A stretch of DNA of 64,000 nucleotides from a virus, in the IMG/VR virus record IMGVR_UViG_3300025687_000026, positions 1 to 64,000 of that record. One strand, written 5' to 3'. Below the pieces are notes generated by a model. It did not search any database. It was not told the origin of the DNA and worked only from the letters and a program-made list of their open reading frames with translations. Numbering within the stretch: position 1 is the stretch's first letter; every line of letters begins with the position of its first letter. A program made the position numbers and the translations under genes. Positions 26,856 through 35,652 of this stretch are shown piece after piece.

Positions 26856-27174
26856 CGACCGTGTCACTGAGCCACTGCGAGCCGAGAACATCAGCAACGA
26901 TGGGATGTGGACCCTTTCAAGTGGTCACATCGTAGACCTGCGAAATGTTCAACTACGCCTCCCCGGTGACTACGGACATGAGGCCGTCAGTGCTGTGCTC
27001 TGCGGGACCGAGGGTTTCCTTGAATCCTGCCCGATGTGCATGGTCACGCTTGCTGACACAGACTCGCTATTCATCATCATGGAGCAACACTTCTACCTCG
27101 TGGGAAAGTGCTGTAACACGATGATGCTTTACGAGATAGCCAAAGACATGAAGGAGATGAAACAATGGACATGA
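26845..27174 (+). CDS. Hypothetical Cys-containing protein
   Basis: CPMC...CC; SD GGAGGT. Confidence 0.65.
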   Translation: MGSDDRVTEPLRAENISNDGMWTLSSGHIVDLRNVQLRLPGDYGHEAVSAVLCGTEGFLESCPMCMVTLADTDSLFIIMEQHFYLVGKCCNTMMLYEIAKDMKEMKQWT

Positions 27175-27908
27175 ACGAAGACTTTGACCCTGAACTGAAA
27201 GTATGGATGCTGGAGCACTTTGGTAGAATGGCTCCCGGTGCCGTGTGGCGGCCGGAAGGCACTGGCCTGCGTTACCGTAAGAGTGGTGACGATGTGCTGA
27301 CGCTTGACCATCGCATCGACCACCCTGACTCTGTGCACCATCACGAGCGCATCGTTCGTCTGATGGAGTCGGTCAACCTTCGGGTTGAAGACGACGAGGT
27401 CATGGTCACGCCTGCTGCCCTGTCAGCGGAGGACGCCTTCCGTCAGGAGATGCAGGAGCGGCAAGCCGTCGCTTCATCGTGGACCTGTGAGTGCGGCATC
27501 CGCCTCGCCGACATGGACCTTGAGGACGGCACGCCGACCTTCATGGGTGAGCGTGAAATCCTACTGGACGACGGTGAAACATCTTCCATTGAGGACTGGG
27601 CTGTGGTCATCACCTGCGGTGAATGCGACGGCAAAGAGATACCGATGAACCCTGACGACTACAACTTGCTGGCGGGTGACGACCTCTTCATGCGCTATCG
27701 AAATGAGTTCGGTTACCTCAGTGCGATGACTCGTCAACAAATGTTTGAGATGGCGTCGGGCGATGAACTCGGGGTCCTTGTCGGTAGCGAGTGTCCTGAC
27801 ACTGGCGAGAAGGTTCCGCCATGGATGTGGGGCACTTACTGTTCTCGTGACTACGACCTTGACGCCATCTACAAGGAACTCATCAGCGACCCCACGGAGG
27901 AAGAGTAG
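27165..27908 (+). CDS. Acidic Zn-ribbon-containing hypothetical protein
   Basis: CECG...CGEC; ORF track. Confidence 0.75.
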   Translation: MDMNEDFDPELKVWMLEHFGRMAPGAVWRPEGTGLRYRKSGDDVLTLDHRIDHPDSVHHHERIVRLMESVNLRVEDDEVMVTPAALSAEDAFRQEMQERQAVASSWTCECGIRLADMDLEDGTPTFMGEREILLDDGETSSIEDWAVVITCGECDGKEIPMNPDDYNLLAGDDLFMRYRNEFGYLSAMTRQQMFEMASGDELGVLVGSECPDTGEKVPPWMWGTYCSRDYDLDAIYKELISDPTEEE

Positions 27909-28165
27909 TGCACAACTATCCTGACAACTGGAGTTGGTCGGCCTACGACGAGCACCATGACCCGAAGTTACAGTGCGGTCACCATCTACACGACGGTTGT
28001 GACTGTTGGTGTGAGTGGGCTTTTGACGACAAGGCTCATGCTCCGGGTGAGTGCACATCGAGCAACTGTCGCCTTGCCTCCTGCAAACACTGCGGTGAGG
28101 CGTTCAAAAACGCTGACAGAGACGAGCCTGCTGTTTGTGCCTACTGCTCAGGAGAGGAGGAGTAG
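27908..28165 (+). CDS. Small Cys/His-rich protein
   Basis: Multiple CxxC. Confidence 0.55.
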   Translation: MHNYPDNWSWSAYDEHHDPKLQCGHHLHDGCDCWCEWAFDDKAHAPGECTSSNCRLASCKHCGEAFKNADRDEPAVCAYCSGEEE

Positions 28166-28333
28166 ATGTGCGATGGCGTCGTAACACCGTGCAAGAAGTG
28201 CAGTCGGTGGAGCGCAGGCACCCACGAGTGCGTGGCCCCAAGTGCCGAGGCTGTCGCCGAGACGAAGAGGTGCTCCACCCAACCCTGAGTCTTTGTCACC
28301 GATGCTACATGATAATCAAATCAAGAGGTGTGT

Positions 28334-28603
28334 ATGATGAGTGAAGTAACCGTATGGCGAACAGCGAGCATGGAAGGTAAATGGAGGGACGGCAAGGGCG
28401 ATGTGCGCCTTGCGTTCATTGATTACTACGGCAAGTCATGGATTGACTTGCGCATTGTAAATACAAGCGATGGTAAGAATCAACACACACGCCACGGCGT
28501 AAGGCTGACGCTACAGCAGATGAAGGAGATGCTCCCCCGCCTGCTGGAAGCCATCGAGGAATGCGAGGCTATCGAAGAGCAGCGTTCACGCAAGGAGGAC
28601 TGA
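28334..28603 (+). CDS. PC4/Sub1-like ssDNA-binding protein (transcriptional coactivator p15 family)
   Basis: YYGKSWIDLR...TRHGVRLTLQQ matches the PC4 pattern (IDIR..TxKGI.L). Confidence 0.7.
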   Translation: MMSEVTVWRTASMEGKWRDGKGDVRLAFIDYYGKSWIDLRIVNTSDGKNQHTRHGVRLTLQQMKEMLPRLLEAIEECEAIEEQRSRKED

Positions 28604-28642
28604 GTGAGCATGAGTGAACGGACGGAACACTGTCGCTGTGGC

Positions 28643-28666
28643 CTTCACTACTTAAAGCAGCATCAA
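28643..28666 (+). promoter_or_regulatory. 24-bp viral element copy 11
   Basis: CTTCACTACTTAAAGCAGCATCAA, 12 nt before ATG 28678. Confidence 0.72.
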
Positions 28667-28677
28667 AAGGTGATACC

Positions 28678-28902
28678 ATGAACCGAGCAAGAAACATCCC
28701 CGAAGTCGAATACGAACTGCTGAAGCATCTGATGTCCAGCGTGAACATCACTCCGCTTGAAGCGGCCATGGCTACTGACGAGCACAGCCGGAAACGATTC
28801 GATAATGGCGTGAAGAACATACTTGCCTTGCTTGACAACATGGTCGAGCGCAGGCTGCACCGACTACCCAAAGAGCACGCTGACTACAAAGCCAAGGAGT
28901 GA
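28678..28902 (+). CDS. Hypothetical protein
   Basis: SD AGGTGA, ORF. Confidence 0.7.
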   Translation: MNRARNIPEVEYELLKHLMSSVNITPLEAAMATDEHSRKRFDNGVKNILALLDNMVERRLHRLPKEHADYKAKE

Positions 28903-29222
28903 GTGCCGTGAACCGACTCTTTCCGAATGCACCTGAGTCTATCCGATGTAGGATGTGCACCAACATGTTTCCCAATCCCATCCTCAACGGAGCACGCGGC
29001 GTCACAGTTGTGTGTCCCACCTGCAGGACCAACATGTTCAGTGCAAAGACGCAGCGAGCGATGGCTCGTGCTATGACTGAGCCGACCAAGAGCGGGCCGA
29101 CCCCTGAGTCCGTGACTCCTGTGCCTGAAGTTACCACTCAGTTAGATGAGTTCGTCTTCAAGTGTCTCAACGACTACCGCTCTTCACTACTTAAAGCAGT
29201 ATCAAAGGAGGGTCATGAATGA
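28899..29222 (+). CDS. Zn-ribbon protein
   Basis: CRMC...CPTC. Confidence 0.6.
   Translation: MSAVNRLFPNAPESIRCRMCTNMFPNPILNGARGVTVVCPTCRTNMFSAKTQRAMARAMTEPTKSGPTPESVTPVPEVTTQLDEFVFKCLNDYRSSLLKAVSKEGHE
29182..29205 (+). promoter_or_regulatory. 24-bp viral element copy 12
   Basis: CTTCACTACTTAAAGCAGTATCAA within a CDS 3' end. Confidence 0.68.
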
Positions 29223-29800
29223 AGCAACTCTCCGAGATGGACTGGACTGATGGGACGGCCAAGGCACTGAAGGTGGCCGCCTCTCAGATTGAGAAGCGTG
29301 AGAAGTCCCTGCATGACAAGCATGAGGACTACTACGCTGACCCGCAACTCATGCTCATGGACATGACTACTGGCTCAAGCGTCATGCTGACGACTGAGCC
29401 ACACACTGGGGGTAAGACCCACGGCCATGGCTACCGTCGCTGCGCTGCTGTCGAGCAACGCATCCCTCGTAAGTTACCGATGAAGCGTGTCATGCGGCGC
29501 TTGTTGCGCATGGCGATTCGCAACTTCGTTCCCACAGATGCTGACCCCGATGAGATGAGCCCTGTCGTCAAGAAGGCTCTCAAGGACATAGCGGCCATCA
29601 TCGCTGACGACAGTATCGAAGACGACGACAAGCACGAGGCTGCGCTTGATGCAGCCCTTGAGAAGATTCTCGGGCACACGATGTCCACCCGTTCGGGTGA
29701 CACGCTGCTCAAGATGCAGGCCATTCCCCTGAGCACGGCGCACATGGATGTGAGCGCCATCAAGGCTGAAGTGGATGAACAACTGGAGGTAGAAGTATGA
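29219..29800 (+). CDS. Hypothetical protein
   Basis: ATGA overlap. Confidence 0.7.
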   Translation: MKQLSEMDWTDGTAKALKVAASQIEKREKSLHDKHEDYYADPQLMLMDMTTGSSVMLTTEPHTGGKTHGHGYRRCAAVEQRIPRKLPMKRVMRRLLRMAIRNFVPTDADPDEMSPVVKKALKDIAAIIADDSIEDDDKHEAALDAALEKILGHTMSTRSGDTLLKMQAIPLSTAHMDVSAIKAEVDEQLEVEV

Positions 29801-30357
29801 CCAAAAAGAACCGAGGAAAATGGACGACGAATGAAGAGAAGAAATTGGTGGGCCTGTTCAAGCAGGGACTCAAAGTGAAGCAGATTGCCCGAGTGCTCGG
29901 GCGAACCTTCGCTGCGACGAACACCCGCCTGAGTTACCTACGCAAGAGCGGAGCGCTTGATGAGAAGCGAGGCGCATCCAATGGACCAGTCACCCCTGCG
30001 ACCGGTGAGCGTGGACCAAACGACACACAACCAACTGGCGAAGATGCACTCCCGACAGCCATACAGAAGCGAGACATGGTCAGCATCAGTAGCGAGGAGT
30101 TGCGTTCACTGCGTGACGCTGTCAAGCAATTGAAGAAGAAGAACTCGGAAGGCCGTGCGAGAAACATCGTCGCTAACCGGCGAATCAAGACGCTGGAGAA
30201 TGCACTTGACTTTGCTGAGAAGAAGATGGACCAAGGCTTCGCCGCTCAAGAGTTCACTCAGCAACTGCAGCGTGAGAACGCAGCCTTGCGCAAAGCACTC
30301 GCTGCACTGAACGAAGTCATCCTCGTCTACACTGCACGAGGTGAAGACAGCGCATGA
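29797..30357 (+). CDS. Myb/GcrA-like HTH DNA-binding protein with C-terminal coiled coil
   Basis: KWTTNEEKKL...GLKVKQIARVLGRTFAA...RL. Confidence 0.7.
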   Translation: MTKKNRGKWTTNEEKKLVGLFKQGLKVKQIARVLGRTFAATNTRLSYLRKSGALDEKRGASNGPVTPATGERGPNDTQPTGEDALPTAIQKRDMVSISSEELRSLRDAVKQLKKKNSEGRARNIVANRRIKTLENALDFAEKKMDQGFAAQEFTQQLQRENAALRKALAALNEVILVYTARGEDSA

Positions 30358-30692
30358 GTGACAAGGCCGACGCTCTAAGGCGTGCTGTCGAAGCGCACAG
30401 TGAGAACGACCGGACTCTTGAACTGGCGACCAGCCTCGGCTTGAGCGTCGAGCAGTTCGCCGCCGCCAAAATGCTACAGATACGGATTGAACAAGCACCG
30501 AATTGGTTCGGTGTGCGCAGTCCTCACGGGTTGATGGTTGACTGCATTTACCTCGTGGCGAAGCGCAGCGGCATGAAGACAAGTGCTGTCAAGATGAGAG
30601 AGCACACGCTGAAGATTTTCGGAGTCGGCACTCAGCCTCGTCCGAGTTCATGGATGCAGGACTTCACTGAACTCGTCGAGGAGTTTGCATGA
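30354..30692 (+). CDS. Single cyclin-repeat TFB/TFIIB-like protein
   Basis: LATSLGLS..AAK....GVRSPHGL..CIYLVA...G aligns by eye with the archaeal TFB repeat (ASxLGLS..GKSPxGLAAAxIYIA). Confidence 0.6.
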   Translation: MSDKADALRRAVEAHSENDRTLELATSLGLSVEQFAAAKMLQIRIEQAPNWFGVRSPHGLMVDCIYLVAKRSGMKTSAVKMREHTLKIFGVGTQPRPSSWMQDFTELVEEFA

Positions 30693-31924
30693 GGTTCGCT
30701 ACACTCGCTGACATACACGAGCGTATCAGACTTGGCTCACCGAAGCGTGGTCAACTGCAGCGCCTGACCTCCAAGGAGGAAGCACTCTTCTTCTTCGAGT
30801 TCTTCTACCCCGAGCGTGCGAGAGTTTCAACGAGCACAGCCATCGGTAAGGTAGCGCACGAACTGTCGCTTTTCTACGATGTCGCCGCCAACATGATGCC
30901 CGACGAAGAGACATGGTATGCTCTTGCTTCTGAAAGCAACAAGTCAGCCTCCCGTGCGATGACTTGTCAGCAGGTGCTTGACCTACCTTTTGAGTCCATG
31001 TCGTTCACTGACATCGCTTACCGCTTCAATGAAGTCGAGGCTCGCCTCGTATGGCGTTACCTCATGCGAGCAACACCTGACATCAGCAAGCGTTCTTTTT
31101 TCGGTATCATGTCCACGCTCATGGACTTACCTTCCGCTGTTGTCAAACAGAGCATGACGCGTGACACACTCATCAAGATGTTCGATGACCCGAACTCAAT
31201 CCAGTCGCTGACCGAATGGTGGAAGCACTCCGCTTTCCCAACGCCTGCACGCTGGCGCTCGTGGCGCAAACTCACGCCACCCGAGGATGACCACATCGCT
31301 GTCATCGTTCCCAATGGACCGCTCTACTTCACTTGGAGAGGAGAGGCTCGGACCCGTTCAGGAGAGCGTCTGTCTTCCGTGCACGCCAACGACTACCTCA
31401 TTGAGTGGGCGGGCGACCATATCATCGACAGGATTCCAGCCAGCGACCCCGCACGAGCGTGGGCTGACCGAGTCCCTGATGATGCTGAGACATACACCCT
31501 CGCCGACCATGGAGCATGGGAGAATGTCATGCGCCGTCTGAACGATGATGATGTCCAGTGCGTCCGCCTCGTGCGAGCGTCGAACCACTACGAGCCTGAC
31601 GAGGTCATGGGATTCACCATGTTTCCCCATCGCTCTCGCGTCTTCCTCCGCCTGCATGAGATTGATGAGAGTCGCTGGACGCTTGCTGCGCTGGATGGAC
31701 TGGATGACTACGAGCCTGTTGCGAGGATTGAGAGTCCTGAGCCGACCATCCGTGAGGTGGAAGAAGATTCATGTGCTGTCGTGGAGGTGGCTGTGCTTTC
31801 CGTTGACAGTGAGGGTAACATCAACCAGTGCCTGTTCGTGGACATGCGTCCTGACTTGGGCATTGGCGATGTCACCCAAGTGACGGAACTGATTGAAAGG
31901 GGGTTAGAACATGCAGGTGACTGA
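30689..31924 (+). CDS. ATP-dependent DNA ligase-like protein, apparently catalytically degenerate
   Basis: N-terminal MRFATLA (ligase DBD-like), C-terminal FVDMRPDL..DVTQVTEL (motif VI-like); no KxDG adenylation motif. Confidence 0.5.
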   Translation: MRFATLADIHERIRLGSPKRGQLQRLTSKEEALFFFEFFYPERARVSTSTAIGKVAHELSLFYDVAANMMPDEETWYALASESNKSASRAMTCQQVLDLPFESMSFTDIAYRFNEVEARLVWRYLMRATPDISKRSFFGIMSTLMDLPSAVVKQSMTRDTLIKMFDDPNSIQSLTEWWKHSAFPTPARWRSWRKLTPPEDDHIAVIVPNGPLYFTWRGEARTRSGERLSSVHANDYLIEWAGDHIIDRIPASDPARAWADRVPDDAETYTLADHGAWENVMRRLNDDDVQCVRLVRASNHYEPDEVMGFTMFPHRSRVFLRLHEIDESRWTLAALDGLDDYEPVARIESPEPTIREVEEDSCAVVEVAVLSVDSEGNINQCLFVDMRPDLGIGDVTQVTELIERGLEHAGD

Positions 31925-32366
31925 TGACCGTGAGATGTGGCTGGGACTGGGTTACATCCTCGGAGGAGTTCGCTTCACCGTGAGCGTGTCCAAGGCCAGT
32001 GACCGGCCCGCCGGTTATCGTGTCCGCTCCAGCATTCGTTTCCAAAAGCCAGTGGCGCTTCATGCTGAGCGCTCTGTGAGTGAAGCACTCTTCGTAGCCG
32101 GGCTTGAGGTGCAGGAGACATACGAGAGTCAGCCTGAACTCATGGCGTGGGTGGCCTTCATCCTCCGCATGGATGATGCCTATAGCATCCGTAACATGTT
32201 TGCTGACCAAGACGGACTGCACATGTTTCTGTGGGTCTACGACAACCCACCGCCTCGTGACTACGAATCGTTTCTTCAATGGGCTGAGGCTTACGACGAT
32301 GAAATCGAGGCACTGAATCCTTCACTACTTAAAGAAGTATCAAAGGGGGATGACCGTGATGACTGA
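31911..32366 (+). CDS. Degenerate LAGLIDADG-like protein
   Basis: LGYILGGVRFTVSVSK....GYRVRSSIRFQ resembles the LAGLIDADG helix plus beta-hairpin but lacks the acidic catalytic residue. Confidence 0.4.
   Translation: MQVTDDREMWLGLGYILGGVRFTVSVSKASDRPAGYRVRSSIRFQKPVALHAERSVSEALFVAGLEVQETYESQPELMAWVAFILRMDDAYSIRNMFADQDGLHMFLWVYDNPPPRDYESFLQWAEAYDDEIEALNPSLLKEVSKGDDRDD
32320..32343 (+). promoter_or_regulatory. 24-bp viral element copy 13
   Basis: CTTCACTACTTAAAGAAGTATCAA upstream of the RFC/replication operon. Confidence 0.68.
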
Positions 32367-33309
32367 ACCGACGACACTTGACGAGATAGCGGGGCAGAGT
32401 GCCTTCGTTACCGAGGCTAAGCGTTGGGCAGAACAGGGTGAATATCCACCCGCCGTTCTTGTCCACGGTCCCCCCGGTGTCGGTAAGACCACGGTTGGTA
32501 AGGTGCTCGCTCGTGTATCGCTGGGTGAGTTCTTTGACCCGATGAACTTCATCATAACCAACGCCAGCGACGACCGTGGTATTGACTTCATTCGCAACGA
32601 ACTCAAGCAGTGGGCGACCATTAAGGCGATGGGCGCTGACCGACGGGTCATCTTGCTTGATGAGGCCGATGGCCTCACACCTGCAGCGCAAGATGCGCTG
32701 CGTCAAATTATTGAGTTGTTATCGGACAACTGCTTCTTCATTCTCACAGCCAACGACATCAGCAAGATTCGTCCTGCTATTCAGAGCAGGTGTCTCGTAT
32801 ATGAGTTCAAGCCCATCAGTCCTGAAGATGGGGCTAAGAGACTTGTTGAATTATTCAAAGGACACTTGAGTTGGATTGGTGACAGCGCAACACTCAGCGC
32901 TTGGAATAACACATTCATGCGACTCATGAAGTTCACTGGTGGCGACATGCGAAGCGCTATCGCTATCATGGAGAGTCATGGTGACGCTCCTCTTGTTGCT
33001 CTACAGAAGAGGCTATCCGATGGGGGTAACCCATCACAGGCCGCACTCGCCGCCATCAGTGGTGAGTATGGTGACATGCGTAAGCAATTCTATTCTATGC
33101 TTGACCGAGGGTTATCACTTACCTTCGTCATGCGAACATTCCATGAGAATCTAACCGAGTTCTTTGAGATGGATGCTGATACCACCTTCACGGTGATGGC
33201 CGTGCTTGGTGAGATGGTGCCTCACATGTATGAGTGGCCCATCGGTTCCTATTCCTTCGTGGATTGCCTCGTTGCGAGGCTGAAGAAGGAGGTGCACACA
33301 AATGAGTGA
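32350..33309 (+). CDS. rfcS: Replication factor C small subunit (clamp loader)
   Basis: GPPGVGKT, NASDDRG, ILLDEADGLT..AQ.ALR, SRC, GDMR. Confidence 0.92.
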   Translation: MTVMTEPTTLDEIAGQSAFVTEAKRWAEQGEYPPAVLVHGPPGVGKTTVGKVLARVSLGEFFDPMNFIITNASDDRGIDFIRNELKQWATIKAMGADRRVILLDEADGLTPAAQDALRQIIELLSDNCFFILTANDISKIRPAIQSRCLVYEFKPISPEDGAKRLVELFKGHLSWIGDSATLSAWNNTFMRLMKFTGGDMRSAIAIMESHGDAPLVALQKRLSDGGNPSQAALAAISGEYGDMRKQFYSMLDRGLSLTFVMRTFHENLTEFFEMDADTTFTVMAVLGEMVPHMYEWPIGSYSFVDCLVARLKKEVHTNE

Positions 33310-34648
33310 TGAATACGAAGAGCCGGACTACGGCGAAGACGACATGCCTGAGAAAACGAACGACAGCACCGGACTGCCTTCCGGGGTCACGGAGCGCTTG
33401 GCCAAGTATGCCGAGCGCACGAAGAAGGACATCGCTACGGTAACGCAGCAGTTCCATGACTACATCGCCAACGAATACCTCTGTGAAGATGCCTCGGCTG
33501 AAGATGAGGACCTTCTTGAAGACTGGGCCGAGCAAATGCTCGTTGAAACCCGCAACGAAAGCAGCGGTGGCGGCGGAGCCTACGGTGGCGTGCCCTTCGT
33601 CGGCATGTTCGTCGGCGTCGAACCCAACTCCCGTGACCGTCGTGATGGGCTCGTCAAGCGAGCCAAGCGTGACTTCACCCTTGACGCAGGTGCCGCTGTC
33701 GGTAGTGGTTTCGTGGGTCATTTCACCAAGGGCGATGGCGTGTGGATGCTCAACACCAGCGACGGTGAGCGTCGCACGGAGTTCTCCACTGACGAGATTC
33801 CCGACCACTCGTTCATCGCTGATGGCGAACGCATCTGCTTGCTCACCAAGACAAATCGCCCGAAGGCCATGAGCGTGATGGGGCGCAACTACATCTTCCT
33901 CGGCGCACCTGAGGAGGAGTTCACCAACGACAACGCCATCCAAATGTGGCGACTTGATTGTCAAGGTGAAGACGCCGACATGGTCGTGCGCATCGGGGCA
34001 CCCTGCCGCATCAACGCTCGGCTTCCTAACGAGAACGCCCCCGAAGGTTTCAAGGATGTCTTGAGCACGAGCCTCGGCTTGAAAGACAGCATCGAATACA
34101 CCGACGAGTTCGTCGACAAGGATGTCCGTCCGTTCCTGAACCCGTTCAAGATGTGGGTCGATGGCGAACTCCATGGCCACTACGCTGCGCTTGAAGACCT
34201 CGTGGAAGTGTTCGAGTCCGGCAGCCGAACCTTCACCATCAACGGCGAGCAGGGCAAGTCGGGTCCAATCGTCTTCACCAAGGGCACCGTCAACCGCCTC
34301 TCCTCTGAGGCTCGTGACAGTGACTTCGATGAAGGTAACCGCTCTTACTCGCTCTCTCTAACCTCCAGCGCCCTGCAGAGCATGCACAGCAAGCAGGACC
34401 AGCGTGAAGTCATGTGTTGGATTGGTAGTGCTTGTAACGACCTAACCAATCCCTTCTCCGCTTTCGACGGTGACGAGGAGATTCCCTACGCTGAGGGCTC
34501 AACGGTTCTCGTCTGTGGTCGTATCGCCGTGAAGCGAAAGGAAGGCGTCGACATCCCCAACCTCAAGGTCATGGGTGTCTTTGCTCACCCTCGCCGCATT
34601 CGCCGCCGTGCAACCGGAGGCGACACTGGTCGAGGTCAGTTCGAGTGA
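33302..34648 (+). CDS. Putative RPA-like OB-fold ssDNA-binding protein
   Basis: Acidic 448-aa protein, beta-rich C-terminus, position within replisome operon; no diagnostic motif. Confidence 0.4.
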   Translation: MSDEYEEPDYGEDDMPEKTNDSTGLPSGVTERLAKYAERTKKDIATVTQQFHDYIANEYLCEDASAEDEDLLEDWAEQMLVETRNESSGGGGAYGGVPFVGMFVGVEPNSRDRRDGLVKRAKRDFTLDAGAAVGSGFVGHFTKGDGVWMLNTSDGERRTEFSTDEIPDHSFIADGERICLLTKTNRPKAMSVMGRNYIFLGAPEEEFTNDNAIQMWRLDCQGEDADMVVRIGAPCRINARLPNENAPEGFKDVLSTSLGLKDSIEYTDEFVDKDVRPFLNPFKMWVDGELHGHYAALEDLVEVFESGSRTFTINGEQGKSGPIVFTKGTVNRLSSEARDSDFDEGNRSYSLSLTSSALQSMHSKQDQREVMCWIGSACNDLTNPFSAFDGDEEIPYAEGSTVLVCGRIAVKRKEGVDIPNLKVMGVFAHPRRIRRRATGGDTGRGQFE

Positions 34649-34659
34649 GGTGATGAAGT

Positions 34660-35646
34660 ATGGCTGGATTCGGAAAAACCAAAGAAGCAGAGAAGCAAGA
34701 GGTCGAGCAGGAGGTCCTTGAGGCCACCCCTGCTCACAAGCGCACCGACGCTGACCCTTTCGCTATTCTACAAAAGGAACTGGCGATGATGGACAACACT
34801 CCTCAGACGCACATCTTCATGGGCATCGCTGGTCACGACAACACCGGTAAGACCGCTATCGTGACGGACGCCTTCACCAAGGACGAGCGTGCTCGTGAGA
34901 CTGGTGAGGAACTGTGGATTCTTGACTTCGAGGGTGGCGGTGCCGCCAACAAGTCAGCGTTCCATGCTCACGAAGGTCGCATCAAGTGCTGGGAACCATG
35001 GGTCATGTCCCGTGGCGACCGCACTGCTTACGACTACCCTGCTACTCACGACCGTGTCATGAGCATTGTCCAGTTTGCTGTCGACATCGCTCAGAAGCAG
35101 CGTGACCCTGACTACACCGGCACCCGCCTGTGGGGTCTTCTTGTCACTGGTGTCGACCTGTGGGACAGCGTGTGTGTCAACTGCATGCGTATCGTTGACC
35201 TCAACATCGCCAAGGACGGTATTGAAGCCGCTGACTGGAACAAGAAGGTCGGGCATCAATGGGACTGGGCCATCCGCAAGACTCGCTTCCACCAACTGAC
35301 TGGTCTGTGCCGTGCACTGGTCAAGGCTGGTGTCCGAGTGTTTTGGGAGACGCACCTGCGCCTGACCAACTACTCCTTCGGCAAGAGCGAGGCCGTTGAC
35401 CCATCGTGGCGACCCGACTGGGAGAAGGCCAGCAACAACTTCGTCTATCAAATCCTCATCTGTGAGCGCAAGGATGTGCTGGATGACGAGACGGGTGAAG
35501 TTGTCCGCAGCGAATACCAAGTGACCTTTGACAAGAGCAAGACCAATGCTCGCTTGCAGGGACAAAAGCGAACGACACTCATCACGGAGGCTGGACAGGA
35601 GCCGCAGTGGTTCGGGCTACCCGAACTCTACGACGGCTCACTCTGA
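34660..35646 (+). CDS. RecA-superfamily P-loop ATPase (Sak4/RadB-like recombination protein)
   Basis: GIAGHDNTGKT Walker A, ILDFEGG, downstream VFWETH and KSK motifs. Confidence 0.65.
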   Translation: MAGFGKTKEAEKQEVEQEVLEATPAHKRTDADPFAILQKELAMMDNTPQTHIFMGIAGHDNTGKTAIVTDAFTKDERARETGEELWILDFEGGGAANKSAFHAHEGRIKCWEPWVMSRGDRTAYDYPATHDRVMSIVQFAVDIAQKQRDPDYTGTRLWGLLVTGVDLWDSVCVNCMRIVDLNIAKDGIEAADWNKKVGHQWDWAIRKTRFHQLTGLCRALVKAGVRVFWETHLRLTNYSFGKSEAVDPSWRPDWEKASNNFVYQILICERKDVLDDETGEVVRSEYQVTFDKSKTNARLQGQKRTTLITEAGQEPQWFGLPELYDGSL

Positions 35647-35652
35647 GACACA

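Noticed and set aside
9442-32343. 24-bp repeat as a CRISPR array, with the Cas4-like gene as a cas gene
   Set aside because: Copies are 0.5-4 kb apart with whole genes between them, there are no 30-40-nt spacers and no cas1/cas2. Stand-alone Cas4-like nucleases are common in archaeal virus replication modules.
12090-32343. Recurrent SLLK[AE][AV]S peptide in several ORFs
   Set aside because: It is the translation of the 24-bp DNA element, conserved at nucleotide level.
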